Source of the DNA: Octopus vulgaris
Lineage: Eukaryota
Direction of reading: 5' to 3'
Assembly: GCA_951406725.2 (NCBI GenBank)
Contig: OX597823.1
Coordinates: forward strand, 62,744,001 to 62,808,000
DNA: 64,000 bases
Below are positions 26,443 to 40,410 of this stretch, piece after piece. A model generated the notes under the pieces. That model was not told the origin of the DNA and made no database searches. It saw only the letters and a program-made list of their open reading frames with translations. The translations under genes were made by a program, and so were the position numbers. How positions within the stretch are numbered: position 1 is the stretch's first letter; each line of letters starts with the position of its first letter.

Positions 26443-27632
26443 TGTTTGGTTGGCAAGAAAGTAATTTTGTTTTACGCATTTAGAGTTATGATCTTTTTGA
26501 ATGACTTTTGTCAATGTTATGATTTTTTCCTTTTGACATTTGATAGCCATTACCTTTAGCTTACTGTAGAAGCAAATTGCATGTAATTTTGTTTACAACT
26601 GTTAGTTCAGTGTTAATTTTAACATGGAGTGCAAAGATAGACATTTTCGCCATATTTTGCTTTTTTATTTCCGTAAAGGCAAGAAAGCTGATGAGGTTCA
26701 CAAGGGATGTGTGAAGTTTATGGTTTGATTGCTTAATAGAATGTACATGTCAGAAATGATTTAAAATATTCCATTCTGGAGATTTTTCACTCAAAGATGA
26801 CCAACTGAAGTTGATTATGACCAAATTAAAGCCATAATTGAATCTGATTGTCATATAACTGTGCAAGAGATTGTAGAGAGGTTAAATGTATGACACACAA
26901 CAATTGAAAATCGCTTAAAATCTCTTGGACATGTTAAGAAGCTCAATATTTGGGTTCCGCATAAATTGAAAGAAATGCGTTCACTTAATACAACAAATCA
27001 ATATTTGCGATATGCATCTCAAACACAATGAAATCGACCCAATCGTCCAAGTGTAATGAACCAGCACAAATCACATTGAAAGCTGAATTGCATCAAAAAA
27101 ATGTCATGCTGTCAATTTGATGGGATTACAAAGGTGTTGTGTATTTTGAGCAGCTTCTAAGGAACCAAACAATCATTTTAGATATTTACTGTCAACAACT
27201 AATGAAACTGGAGGAAGCAATCAAAAACTGCCAGAATTGGCAAATTGTAAAAGAATCATGTTCCACCATGACAACGCTAGACCACACACATCTTTGCTAA
27301 CTCGTGAAAAATTATTGGAGCTTGGTTGGGAAGTGATGTCACATCCACCATACAGCCCTAACTTTGCACCATAGGATTACCATTTATTTCGAAGTTTACA
27401 AAATTCTTTGAATGGTAAAACTTTCATTCATGATGATGACCTGAAATCACGCTTGCTTCAGTTTTTGGGTAAGGACCTGAAGTTCTATTAGCGTGGAATC
27501 ATGAAGTTGCCAAAGGTCACCAAAGAAAATGGAAAATATATAATTGATTAAAGTTCATTCATTGTATGAAAAAAAAAAAAATGACTTTTATTTCACACTA
27601 AAAAACCAAAATTATTTTCTTGCCAATCTTGT
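26443..27632 (+). mobile_element. Mariner transposon relic (pseudo-transposase about 26624-27551)
   Basis: MECKDRHFRHILLFYFRKG start, WVPH, FHHDNARPH and HPPYSP..AP.DYHLF motifs; TIRs TTGGCAAGAAAGTAATT / AATTATTTTCTTGCCAA. It has stops and frameshifts, and the first catalytic-D segment appears deleted. Confidence 0.92.
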
Positions 27633-27799
27633 TCTTAGGCATTTTGATATGCAATAAGTAAAACAGCTGCGGTAGCATCAATAATAATAAATACCAGTTA
27701 TGCACTGGGGTCAATGTAATTGTCTTAATTCCTTTGTCTGTCCTTGTTTGTCCCTTCTATGTTTAGCCCCCTGTGGGCAATAAAGAAATATTAATAATT

Positions 27800-28642
27800 A
27801 TAATAATCCTTTCTACTATAGGCAGAAGGCCTGAAATATTATTGGGGAATGGACTATTGATTACATTCACTCCCACTACTCAACTGGTACTTATTTTATT
27901 GACTCTGAAATGATGGAAGGTGAAGTTGAACTTGGTGGAATTTGAACTCTGAATATAGAGACAGACAAAATACTGCTTAGCATTTTGTCTGATATACTAA
28001 TGATTCTGCCAGATCACCATAATAATAATCCTTTCTGTTATAGGCACATGGTTTGAAATTTAGGGGGAGGAGGACCAGTGCTCAACTGATACTTATTTCA
28101 TCAGCCCTGAAAGGATGGAAGGCAGAATCAACCTTGGCAGAATTTGATCTCAGAATGTAGAGACAGATGAAATGCCACTAAGCATTTTATCTAGTGCACT
28201 AACAATTCTGCCAGCTCACCACCTTTTATCACAATAATAATAATTAAAATGTTGATTTCAAATTTTGTCTCAAGGCCAGCAATTTTTGAGGGAGGTGCCT
28301 GGTCAATTACATTGACCACAGTGCTCACTTGGAACTTTATTTTATTGACCTTGAAAGGATGAAAGGCAAAATCAACTTCAGCTTGATTTGAATGCTAAGA
28401 GTCGGAGGGTGGGGGGATGTTGCAAGACATTTTTTCTAATGTTCTGTCAACTTACTACCCAAATAATAATTCTTTCTGTTATCGGCAGGACAGTCGATTA
28501 CATCTAAGTACTTAACTGACACTTAATCAACTCAGAAATGATGAAAGACAAAGCTGACCATGGCAGAATTTGTACTCAGAATGTAAAGATGGATAAAATA
28601 CTGCTAAGCATTTTGCCTGACATGCTAATAATAATAATAATA
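27800..28642 (-). mobile_element. Tandem cluster of four family-C SINEs separated by (AAT)n
   Basis: Repeated GGTACTTATTTTAT...GAATTTGAACTCAGAATGTA...AAGCATTTTG modules of about 180-220 bp. Confidence 0.85.
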
Positions 28643-29335
28643 AGAAGAAGAATAGCTTGCGCAAAACACTATTGATTCAGTAGAATGGTTCAAATAGAAC
28701 AATCTGCATGTGCCACACACATCCTATACAATAAGCATCTAATAATTTAATTGAAAACAACACAACTCTTGCAACATATATTCAATAAAATAAGATTAAT
28801 ATCCAATAAAATAACACCACCCACATTGCACACAACACACACAAGAGAACAAACCCTAATCATTATCATTATATTATCATCATCGTTTAACATCTGCCTT
28901 CCATGCTGACATGGGTTGGATGGTTTGACGGGAGCTGGCCAGGCGGCAGCCAGCATCAGACTTCTTTGTGTTTTGGCAGGGGTTTTATGGTTGGATGCCC
29001 TTCTTAACACCAACCACCCAGCAGAGTGGACTACTGTAACAAGAAACTAAATCCATGAAACAAACTGATGCAGTAACTAAGAGGAGGAGTCCAACCTCCC
29101 TCAATCTCCACAAAAATAAGACTGCACATGCTTCAGGAATATGGAAGTGTACCAGGTGGTGCAGTATAAACTTGCATGAAACAACTGAAGAAAAAATGAA
29201 AATAACATTTGTATGCACAACATAGACAAATGGAGGACTTTTTTTAAACTTTGGCACAAGGGTACCCATTCTTTAAATGAAATCTTATTGACTTAACTGA
29301 GCCTAGTACATAACATGACTGGTACTTGATGAAAG

Positions 29336-29730
29336 GTGTGTAGGCGCAATGGCCCGGTGGTTAGGGCAGCGGACTCGCGGTCATAGGATCACGGTTTCGA
29401 TTCCCAGACCGGGCGTTGTGAGTGTTTATTGAGCGAAAACACCTAAAGCTCCACGAGGCTCTGGCAGGGGATGGTGGTGATCCCTGCTGTACTCTTTCAC
29501 CACAACTTTCTCTCACTCTTACTTCCTGTTTCTGTTGTACCTGTATTTCAAAGGGCCGGCCATGTCACTCTCTCTGTCACGCTGAATATCCCCGAGAACT
29601 GTGTTAAGGGTACACGTGTCTGTGGAGTGCTCAGCCACTTACATGTTAATTTCACGAGCAAGCTGTTCCGTTGATTCGGATCAACCGGAACCCTCGTCGT
29701 CGTAACCGACGGAGTGCTTCCATATATCCC
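29336..29730 (+). mobile_element. Young tRNA-derived SINE, family B
   Basis: A box TGGCCCGGTGG, B box GGTTTCGATTCC, and TSD ACTT(G/A)ATGAAAG at 29324-29335 and 29731-29742. Confidence 0.92.
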
Positions 29731-29949
29731 ACTTAATGAAAGACAAATCAATGTAGTGGAGTTTGAACAGTTGAAATTTACTGGAAATCTTTTCTTATAT
29801 AAGGGTTATTAATATAGAAAGAGTTACAATATAGGAAAACACCTTTAATACATGTTAACCATATATTTCTAGCAAAAGTAGACAGCCATTGTGTTTTAAA
29901 TATTTGTAAGATTTGGAGACTTTGAATACTATATCTTCTCTTTCTTTCT

Positions 29950-31145
29950 CTCTGTGTATTGGATCATTTCTCTTTTAATCTAAAATATACTCTCCTTCAT
30001 TTTCTACAATGCTCTTCCATCTATCTGGTAGACTTGCAAGCCCCACCCCCTTCCAAAATTCACTTGTCCCTGATGAAAAATTCTCCTCCAGTACTGTTCT
30101 GACCTCTCTACAGAATTCATATTTTCTGTCCAAATGATTTTGAAGACTGCGGAATAAATGGTAATCAGATGGTGCAGTGTCTGGTGAATATAGTGGGTGT
30201 AGCATCATTTCCCATTGAAACTGCTCCAGCCTTTGAAAGATCATCCTCACTGTATGTGGCTGAGCATTATCCTGATAGAAGAACACCTTTCATCTTGAAA
30301 CTGAAGGTGGTCGTTTTTTTTTCTAGCTCTGATTTAAACGGCTCAAGCTGTTTGCAGTAGATCTACTCTGTTTGGGTTTCAAAGTTCAAAGTGGACTAAA
30401 CCTTTCATATCCCACCAAACAGACAACAACACCATATGTAGGTGAAGACCTTCTTTAGACTGGGATGCCAGTGTTTCTCCTTTCCCTACCCACTCCCTTC
30501 GGCACTTGACGTTTTTATAGAGAACTCATTTCTCATCACCAGTCACTGTTCATGTGAGATGTGACATCAAAGAGCACACATTCACTCTGTGTGTGCGATT
30601 AGATTTGGAAAGTTTGTGAAGAACCCATTGACCCAATTTGCTGATTTTTTTTTTTCCGATGGCACACAGGTGTCATTGATTGATCAAATCCAAGTGTCTC
30701 TGCTAGTTCCTCAACAGTTACAATGGGGTTTTGTTCCAAGGTTAGCAGGATGTTCTCATAAGCTGTATAGATCTTCCTGGACGAGGCTTGTCTTCTAGGC
30801 TGTAGTTTCTGGCTTGGAATTTCTAGAACCACCGTTGTCACTGGCTTATGCTTATTGTCTGATCCCCATATACTGCATTAATATTCCTCACGCTTCCTGT
30901 TGCGTTGTTGCCTTTATTGAACTCATAAAGCAAAATATGCTAAATAATCTCCTTTGTCACTTCCATTATAGCTTTAAAAAAATGGCTGTTAAAATCAAAC
31001 AGCACTCTTCAAAACTTGCACTAAGAATAAGGTCAAGGTGATATTACTACCTGCTTTTATAGCAAATTGATGCAGGTAGTTTATTCTGTCTCCCTCTGAC
31101 TTCTAGTTAATGCAATTGAAAAAACTGCATTATTTATGGGATATT
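29950..31145 (-). mobile_element. Mariner transposon relic
   Basis: ORF 29975-30286 has QDNAQPH, HPLYSPDTAPSDYHLFRSL and LPDRWKSIVENEGEY; HTH remnant VTVEELAETLG. Confidence 0.9.
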
Positions 31146-31546
31146 TACATTGGATGCTTAAAACTGTTTCGTCTGAAAACACTGGTTTGTCTTAAGGGTT
31201 TGAATCAAGTATTCTGCTGTTTTTTCTTTTTTTGTGTGTGTATTCATTAACAAGCATGTTTATTATATTTCCAATGGTTTTATAGCCATTGCTTTTTCTT
31301 ACACTAATCTGAAGTTGGGCGTTTTTTAATGAATTGTTGAAGTAAGTTATAATTTTTAAAAATGCAATGAACTTGGGGTTCCCATATTTTTCACTCAGTT
31401 CCCTTTGATAACTCTATACCTTCAAGAGAGTATCTTACTATATAATTTAAGTTTTTTGCTTTTGAGTTCTAATAATTGATAGCTGATTGGTATCTTTTGT
31501 CTCTGATATTTGATATATTATTAAATTTTGTCTTATCCTATTTCAG

Positions 31547-31633
31547 TTTGATGCGCGATGCTAATAAAATGGTTAGCAAATGCATATACGTGAATGTCTT
31601 AAAATCTACAGATGGACAAGATATTTTAGAAAA
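31547..31633 (+). CDS. PPP1R10: PNUTS / PPP1R10 second coding exon (87 nt, phase 2-2)
   Basis: Acceptor tcctatttcag and donor AA|gtaagt. Translation (S)LMRDANKMVSKCIYVNVLKSTDGQDILE(K) matches PNUTS [30 protein letters not shown] as I recall it. Confidence 0.92.
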
Positions 31634-34600
31634 GTAAGTGAAGAAAGTTTGAATTTTCATAAAAGATATTTTGTTTGATTTTTCTTTCAGTAAATCTATA
31701 CTAAGACATTTTTCATGAAAGTATTTAAACTGTGAGCAACATTTGCTAGGAATAATATTTTGTATGGTGGAAAGTTTTTAGAGCTGTGGTGACTTGAATT
31801 CTTGAGTGATACACTGTCTTTAGGTACCAGTTTATTGGTACTCCATAAGAGTTAATGTATTAAAATTTCACATGTTGAACTTCTACCAAATATTTATAAA
31901 ATCTGAATAAAGATTTCCAGCATTTAGAGAGACACGGAGAAGATGAAGTTCATACAACCTGATAGTTATGTAGTTTATGATGAATCTCTTCTCTAGTGTG
32001 AAACTTTCAGCTATTTGTTTTTGCATACAAATGTTAATAGCTATGAAGTTAAAGTGCTGGACTATGGCCTCTGTCTTATTTTACTGTCAAAGTGGCTGTG
32101 GATTGGCCACAGTTTAGGTTGAGAGGCCGACAATGCTTTTCAATATATAGTTATGTTTTTATACATTCTAAGTTCAAAACCAACCGAGGTCAACTTGGCC
32201 TATCATCCAACAAGCTTTCAGCAAATAAATACCTACCAAGTACTGGGATTGATATAATTGACTATTCCCTCCCTCTAAATTTGTGACCTTGCCCCTATAT
32301 AACTAATTTTATACTGTAATCAAGATCTTCGCTCTATTTACTTTGGTCACATAAGTTTTGCTTCACTGTTAGATAGTTGGCAGGATGAAAGGCATCTAAC
32401 TATAAGCCTTCTTGTTCTGATAAATTTAAAATATGTGGGCTGACCTCATGTGATGTTTATAATTGAGTGGGGTTTTGTTCTTATTATATGTACATACATT
32501 AGTTTGTAGAAGCATACCAAATGTTGTTACTTGCAGTGATCAGTTTATTTTATGTGAAAGTAGTTGTTCTATATCTGTGTACAATTATTCTTCTGCACTG
32601 CTATATAAAACAGAACATGTATATTTTATAGTCAATAACAAAATACAAAAGAAAAAGAAGAAAACAGCAAAAATAGGCAATAGCTGTTGCAAACAAGAGA
32701 CTTGTTTTTCCTCTATTTACAAAGCTATGTTAACTTGATGGGAGTTCATAAGATTTGAATTGTTTTTTTTAATTACATTTGGTGTGCATCCCTACTTCAT
32801 ACTGCCTTGTATTTGTTGAAAGTATAAGATTTCAATCATTATATCTCTATTCTATGTAGTTTATTATGTGCCTGTATATATATAACCTTCCATGTGCACA
32901 TTATTTGAATGTGTAGATGTGTGTATGATCACTGAATGGTATATTTTATGGCTTATCCCCTGCCTCTCCATTCTGTAATGGACATTAAAAAACTCAAAAT
33001 ATTACCTATGTGACAGTAGTAATGCTTATGTATGTAACACCAGCTGAGTGTTTGTCTGGCAGTTGTATTCTATATTTTTTTTTGTAAATTAGATTTCAGT
33101 TAAAATTTTTTTTTCATTATGAAAGCAGATAATGTCAGGTGTTTTATTGTTCAATTACATGTATTAACTAATCAATAAGCTGCTAATGGTGTGTGTATGT
33201 GTGTGACTTAAAATAATGGTGTAGCATTGTTATCATTGTTTTAACATTCACCTTTCCATGCATGGTAGGGATGAAATTTATTGAGGCACATTTTCTAAGA
33301 CTGAATCCCTTATCTGTTGACAACATTCTTCTGTTTCCAAGCAAGCTAATATTTTCTCATAGCCAAACATGTTCATGCAGAATATTGGAAATGAATGACT
33401 TACCATGTAGGACACCAACACAAACACTCACACTCTTATACCTCATATACTTATGTATATTTATATGCACACACACACACACACACACACACAGAGGGAT
33501 TCTTACAATTTTCATTCAAGGCTTTGGTTACTTGCCCAAAGCACCATGCATTGAGACTGAACTCAGAGACATGTGGTTGAAAACCACACTTCTTAACCAC
33601 ATGGCTGTGCCTATGGCTATTGTTATATATCATAATGTATATACAAATGTTGGACAGCACTAGCTGTAGGAGTGCTAAAAACATTGTTATTTTGACGTAA
33701 TATTTGCTTTATTTGGTGACAGATGGCACTGGTCATTCAGAGCTAGGCCAGAACTCTCATTCCTTTATAGAAATCAGCAAACAAAACATTTAATGATTTT
33801 TAAGGATTATGTTAAAGATGCTCATGTCTGTAGAAAGCTTTGGTGCTGATGCCATCTAAAAAGCACTGGTGCTAGTACCACATAAAGTGTACTGATAATG
33901 GTGTCACATAAAAAAGCACTAGTGGTGGTACCATGTAAAAAGCACCCAGTATACTGTCCATAGAAATCAAGCCAAAACAGACTATGGAACCTGGTGTGGC
34001 CCCGGCCTTGCCAGCTCCTGTCAATTTATTCAATCCATGCCAGCATGGAAAACGGATGTTACATGAAGATGATGATGATAACACAATGAGCAGCTATTTA
34101 AGTTGGTTGAATAACTGAATACTCAATGTTGACACTGAATATCCATTTTATGTTTATATATTTGTGTATATGGAATCGAATTGCTGAATTGGTCGAATTA
34201 TCACTGAGTTGGGGAGAGGGCCTCGCTGTATTTTTTTTTTTACTCTGTGCATGCTGGGTTCAAACCCCTTGCAAATGAATTTGTCTTTTCACGTTTTGGT
34301 ATCAATAGAGAACCAGTTCAGAGTGGTGTATTTGTGAAATGTTAAAGCATCAAAAGAGATGTCTTGTAATATCTGTATGATCACATACACGCGTACATAT
34401 AGTAACTATTCGCTCACAACACACACATATATATATATATATATATACAATGGTGAGTCAGAAAGTAATACATTGAGTTTTTATTTACTGATATTATGTA
34501 TTGCCTCTGAGCTGAATAAAAAGTTGGTGTACACAGTTGAAATAGCATTAAATTAAAATATATTTTTATTTAGTCTAGTCCATACTGTTAGTGAATGTGT

Positions 34601-35699
34601 TATTCCTTGTTTCCTATTTATTGAGAGAACAGATTTCTTCGAGGCATGTGAGTAGCAAGTACGTGTCATTAGTAAGGCTAAATGAAGCTGAAAAGCATCT
34701 GACATTCTTGTAAGTCACAGCTGAGATGATGTTTATCTCACTCTAATATGGATTGTTTTTTACGCAATATGTCTATGAGGAAATTTTCTCTCTCACAGCA
34801 TCATACCTGTCAACAGTGTATATACACTAAATATGCTACTTGGATGACTATTTTTAATTTAATGCTGCTTCAGTTGCAATCGTCAAGTTTTTATTATATA
34901 TGTGTGTGTACTTAGTGTTGTATCAAAACCAATGCATGAGTGGGCATTACTTTTTAGAGTTAATGCTTTCCCATACAGATCAATGGCCCATGTTTTACAT
35001 GTAACTCAGTATGGCTGGATACCCATCTTTTTAGTGACCATTTTATCAAGTCTCCTCAGGTGACATTTTTTATGGCACCAGTACTGGAGGCATGATTAAG
35101 TAGTCCACATGATCCTTCAGCATCTTGGCTATTTGCAAACTATTTTACAAGTTCATTCTAGTGTGACATTGTCACGAGTGAGATTGCCTTGCATGACGCA
35201 TGGTTTGAGTGTCTTTAGTACTCTGTATGTGCACATCTTCAAGCTAATACGTCCCAGAAGATGAAAAGATGAGAGAGTTGTGATAGAAGAATTAGAAAGG
35301 TGGGGTGCTGGTTACAAGTTTGTGTGAGCTGATGAGATTGTTGGGTAGTAATAGGGAAAGGTGATTGATGTTGAATAAGTGTGGAGATAGTCAATGGTAA
35401 GAATGAGTGATAGCTGTCTGTAGAATGTGGCTCAGAGAAGGAGTGATGAGTGGCAATACTGAAAGGATGATGGTTTATAGTTATGGATTGTACTTTCATT
35501 AATTACACTAGCAGAATAATCCAGCAAACATGACAGGATAGGTAGAGAGACTGAGTGATAGGCAGAAGGGTGAATGAGTGATTGAGAGATAAGCAAAATG
35601 GAGATTGAGAGATAACCAAAATGGAATATTAAAGGCATGCAGGAGATGACAGATTTAGACTTGACAAGGATGTAATAGGGAAGATACTCAAATATATGC

Positions 35700-38300
35700 A
35701 TAGGCATGCATACAAACATATATGCCTTTCACACAGGATGTTGGGCATTTCCCCAATCAATATTTTTCTATCTCCTCTGTAAGGCACCCAGAAATAAGTC
35801 TTCTCTAATCTCATTAGATGTCTTCCCTTGTCTCCTCCTACATGTTCCTTCTGTTCTTCTTTATTCAGCTGTCATCTATTTGCATCACATGTCCTTACCA
35901 ACAAAGTCTTCTTTCTTGTCCACTACATCTGACTTCTCTTATTCATCTAATTTTTCTCTCCATTCATTTGTGCTTTATTGTTTATGCACACTGTCATTAC
36001 ACATCCAGCAGAGCATACTTTATTTCTCTCTGGTCTTTACAGATCCTCTGCATACATTCTCCATGTTTCACTGTCATACAACATTGTAATTCATACACAA
36101 GCATCATACAAACTGCCTTTTTCTGAGAGAGAAACCGTTTGTTATGAACAAAGATAATAGATCTTTTTTCTAGCCAGCTCTTACTCTGGTTACTATACTT
36201 TTGGAACATCTAACTCCATTGCAAATTATGTTGCCTTGGTAACGAACTATTTTCAGGGAGCCTTTTTTGTGTTTGAGAGATTCTATTTCTCATGTGCTCT
36301 CACTGTTTATTACTTCCAAGTAACTATCACATAAAAAGTTTGCTTTCTTGGTTAACCAGTTTGTGATTCCATTGCAACTATTGTGCATCTATTTTTATAT
36401 ATTTGGTGTACTGTATGGAATTTTTACCTGCTTCTTTTCTGTATATAAGCCATATCTCTAGATGATAGCCAAGTCTTATCCTATTTATCGATTTTTATTT
36501 CCAGCCACAAGGGCCAAACATAGAGGGGACAGCTCACTACAGACAGACAAAGACATAAAATGAATGAGTTTACTTTAAAGCCTTTTGATTTTAGGTTTTG
36601 TTAATATGCCTGGAATGTCTTCTATAGATTTAGCTATAAGAACTAGATCATCAGCATATGGATGTTTCCACTGACAACCTGTCTTAACTCCTTTCTTATA
36701 GCTTGGAGGTGTGGTCAAGTATGAGGCATCTGCTGTTGCAGCATATTGTTGCAGCCACCATTTGTTGGCACCTGCTTCAATCCTTCAAGCAGTGTCCCTG
36801 TCAGTTTCCATTACTCTGAAATACTTCCTGTCCATTGTGACCATGAGGCATGTGGCCAACTAACTTGCTGTCACCCTAGCTAGATCCTCAAAGAGGAAAA
36901 CAGTACACAAGATCCAACTTGGAAAATCAAGCAATATGACCAAACCTTCTAAGCTGATGCCCCTGAATCATACAAGTAACAGAACACATCCCAGTTTTTG
37001 AATATAGTTGTTGGTTGGATACAAAATCTGACCAATGGTAGCCCATAATCCTGAAAAGTGTCCTGGTACTGAAGGAGTTCAGGTACCCTTTAGGGCTTCA
37101 GACAGTGTCCAAGTCTTCCAACTGTAGATCAAGGCAAGGAGGACTGGGGACCTGAAAACCTGAACCTTTGTCCTCCTGCTCAGATGTCGGCAGTGCCAAA
37201 CACCCTTGTCCAGTGAGTCCACAATTGTACCAGCATGTCCAAATAATTTTCAGATTTCAAATTTACAGCTAATGCTGTTATGGATTACACTGCCAAGATA
37301 AGTGAAGTAGTCAGCAACTTTGACATTCTTACCCACAAGAGAGACAGACAAGATAAAGGCTCCCAGGAAGCCAACAAAAAACTGGATCTTTGCTTTGACC
37401 CAGGGAACTGAAAACTGAGCCCTGGTGGACTCCTACTTGCACACTTGATTGGTTGCTATACTCATTACCAATTCTCACTTTACTGACTGCACCTCTGTAC
37501 ATGGCATACATGTCCTTCATAAATCATTCATCTACATCTAGCTTCTTCAGCAACCTCTAGATCACAGAGTAGTTAAACCTTATTGAGTGCCTTCACTAGG
37601 TCTACAAATGCTAGGTACATTGGCTTACACTAGGTGAAATACTTCTCCAGCTATCTGATGAAGATGACATCAGCAGCATGTTTTTGTCTTTGTGCCACAA
37701 TTGCCTTATCCTTTCCAACACTGGACCCAACCACCACACTTTTCACATTAGGGAATCTTTCCGACACACATCTAGCAACCTCATATATGTGCTGTAATGT
37801 TTCTTCTGCAATTTGCTCTACATCAGGCAAACAGTCTGCAGAACTGTCTGACAGGATTATTGAGCACCTCAAAGGACATCTGTCTTGGCTGCAAGTAGCC
37901 TGTGTTTTGATATTTCTACTCTGCTAACCATTCTACTCAATACATCGCAATCTTTAGTTTGATCTCCAACCTCATTTGTCCCACCATGTGCCTTCAGAGA
38001 GAAGAGGAACCACTCTTCTTTTGTCAGTGGTATACGTTATTTGGTTTAAATGCACCACCCCAGTTTTTCTAACTTGCACTTTCACACCTTGTCCAGATCT
38101 ATGCACTTGTTCTTCTCCAGAGCTCCCACTTGCTTCCCTTCTTCTCCAGAGCCCCACCTGTCTCTCACTCATCCTCTTCTGCTACCTGATTCTACTATCC
38201 CTCATTCTTTCACACCTGCAATACAGTAACACAATTTATAAACACCTACCATGGACCACTCCTCTCGTACATTCACACCTTTTATGTACTCAGGCATTTC
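35700..38300 (-). mobile_element. Cluster of nested RTE-clade LINE fragments
   Basis: Minus-strand remnants such as SLDKGVWHCRHLSRRTKVQVF and MYRGAVSKVRIGNEYS..VQVGVHQGSV; boundaries approximate. Confidence 0.7.
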
Positions 38301-38586
38301 CTAATGTACATGCTTCTACTCATTTATCATTTTGTTCTTTTATTACATATGCACCCGGCATTATGACACAATAGACACACACTTACACAACTCTTTGCAT
38401 ACACACACATAACACCCACCTACTTTACACATACATTCCTCAAACCCCTCCCATCTGCTGCCACTCATAGACGCACCTTCCACTCTTTACTTTTCTATGC
38501 ATATTATACACATACACACACACTGTGGTAGGCATTGTCTGGTGCTTTGTCTTTCACCTTTACAATATGTTGTGTGTGTGTGAGTG

Positions 38587-38626
<40 letters not shown>

Positions 38627-38808
38627 ATTGGTATGTGTATATGTATGTAGGCACAGGCATGACTGGTAAGAAGTTTGCTTCCCAGCCACATGAATCCTGG
38701 TTCAGCCTCACTGCATGACACCTTTGGCAAGTGTCCTTTACTACAGCCTTGGGCTGACCAAAGTTTTGTGACTGGCTTTGGTAGACAAAAACTGAAAGAT
38801 GCCCTTTA

Positions 38809-38881
<73 letters not shown>

Positions 38882-39744
38882 GACATCTATATTAAAAAAA
38901 AAACAATTGCTTCAACTTGGAAACTTCCTTCTATAACACCTGGGTCAATTGATATTTAAGATTTTTTAATATAGTTATTTTAAATTTAAGAAAATCTTTC
39001 TTCAAATATTCTGCCTGTATCAATTCTTTTCTAAAAACACACACACATATTTATCTTTATATGTGTGTGCATATATATTTATGTGTGTATATACATATGT
39101 TTATATATCAGTATGTATGTGTGTGTGTGTGTTATCATCATCATTTAACATCTCTTTTTTTCTATGCTGGCATGGGTTTAATGGTTCAATATGAATTGAT
39201 GAGCCAGGGAGCTGTGACAAGTCTCAGTGTTTTCCTTGGCATGGTTTCTACAGCTGGATGCCTTTCCTAATGTCAACCACTTCACCAGCACTGCTGAGGT
39301 CTCCAAGTTCTTTCAAGACTACATCCCTTCATTGAGTGGGGTTTAGTATGGGGGGATATGAAACTATGATAGAGGGACAGAAGCAAGTCTCTTAACTAAA
39401 GAGATGAATACATGGTTTCCTTGTCTGGAAAAGAGTGAGTGAGATATGTGAGGTCAAGGAACGAGGTGAAAATATGAGAGAGAAATATGATAGAAGAAAG
39501 GTCGTTGGGTAGATAAGTGCACTAAAGTGAAAATGTGACATGATTAGAGATGGGGGTAGAGTTGGGTACAGTGAATATCAGTTCGGGAAGGGAAAGTAAA
39601 GTGTTTAAATATCAGTATAAATGTATATAACTGTTTATGTATCATTCATAATGTAAATACATCATTGAATGGCAGATTTACTGTGGTGTTTGTTCAGAGA
39701 TAACATTTTATGGATATGCTGTGTTCAGAAACCCTATACCGTTT

Positions 39745-40150
39745 ATCTTTTACTTGTTTCAGTCATCAGACTGTGGCCATGCTGGGGCACCGATTTGAAG
39801 AGTCTTTTTAGCTAAACAAATTGACCCCAGGACTTATGTTTCAAGCTTAGTACTTATAGTATCAGTCTCTTTTGTCAAACCATTAAGTTATGGAGACGTA
39901 AACACACTGACGCTGGTTGTCAAACGGTAGTGAGGGGACAAACATACAAAGAAACACACACACACATAGACATACATACATACATACAATCAAATATGAT
40001 GGGCTTTATTCATTTTCTGCTATCAAATCCACTCACAAGACTTTGGTCCACCTGAGACTATAGCAGAAGACATTTGCCCAAGGTGCCACACAGTGGGACT
40101 GAATCCAGAACCATGGGATTAGGAAACAAGCTTCTTACCACACAGCCTGT
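39745..40150 (-). mobile_element. SINE family A
   Basis: Similarity to other family A copies. Confidence 0.8.
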
Positions 40151-40410
40151 GGCTATATATATTAGAGAAAGATGAAAATCATCCCAGCAGTAGATAGTGA
40201 GAATGCCAGATGAAGTTTGGCCTCATTGGACTTTGTCAGTATTGTATTCACAGCCAGCCACATGCTTAGATGAGGTTTCTTGCCTCCCATATGTTGTAAT
40301 GGACTGAAGAAAATATTCACTTATATTGCAAATAGCCACCTGGTCAAACAAATTCCTGTTATATGCAGTAGAGGCAGTGTTAAGTTAAAATAGCCACCTG
40401 TGTATGATAC

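Noticed and set aside
29336-29415. tRNA gene (also 9015-9094 and the family A heads)
   Set aside because: A and B boxes are present, but I see no proper cloverleaf and the sequence continues into a SINE body bounded by TSDs.
34633-34653. Candidate next PNUTS exon (cag|ATTTCTT...|gtgagt)
   Set aside because: It is too short, has a poor pyrimidine tract and lacks the GG..L..WL motif.
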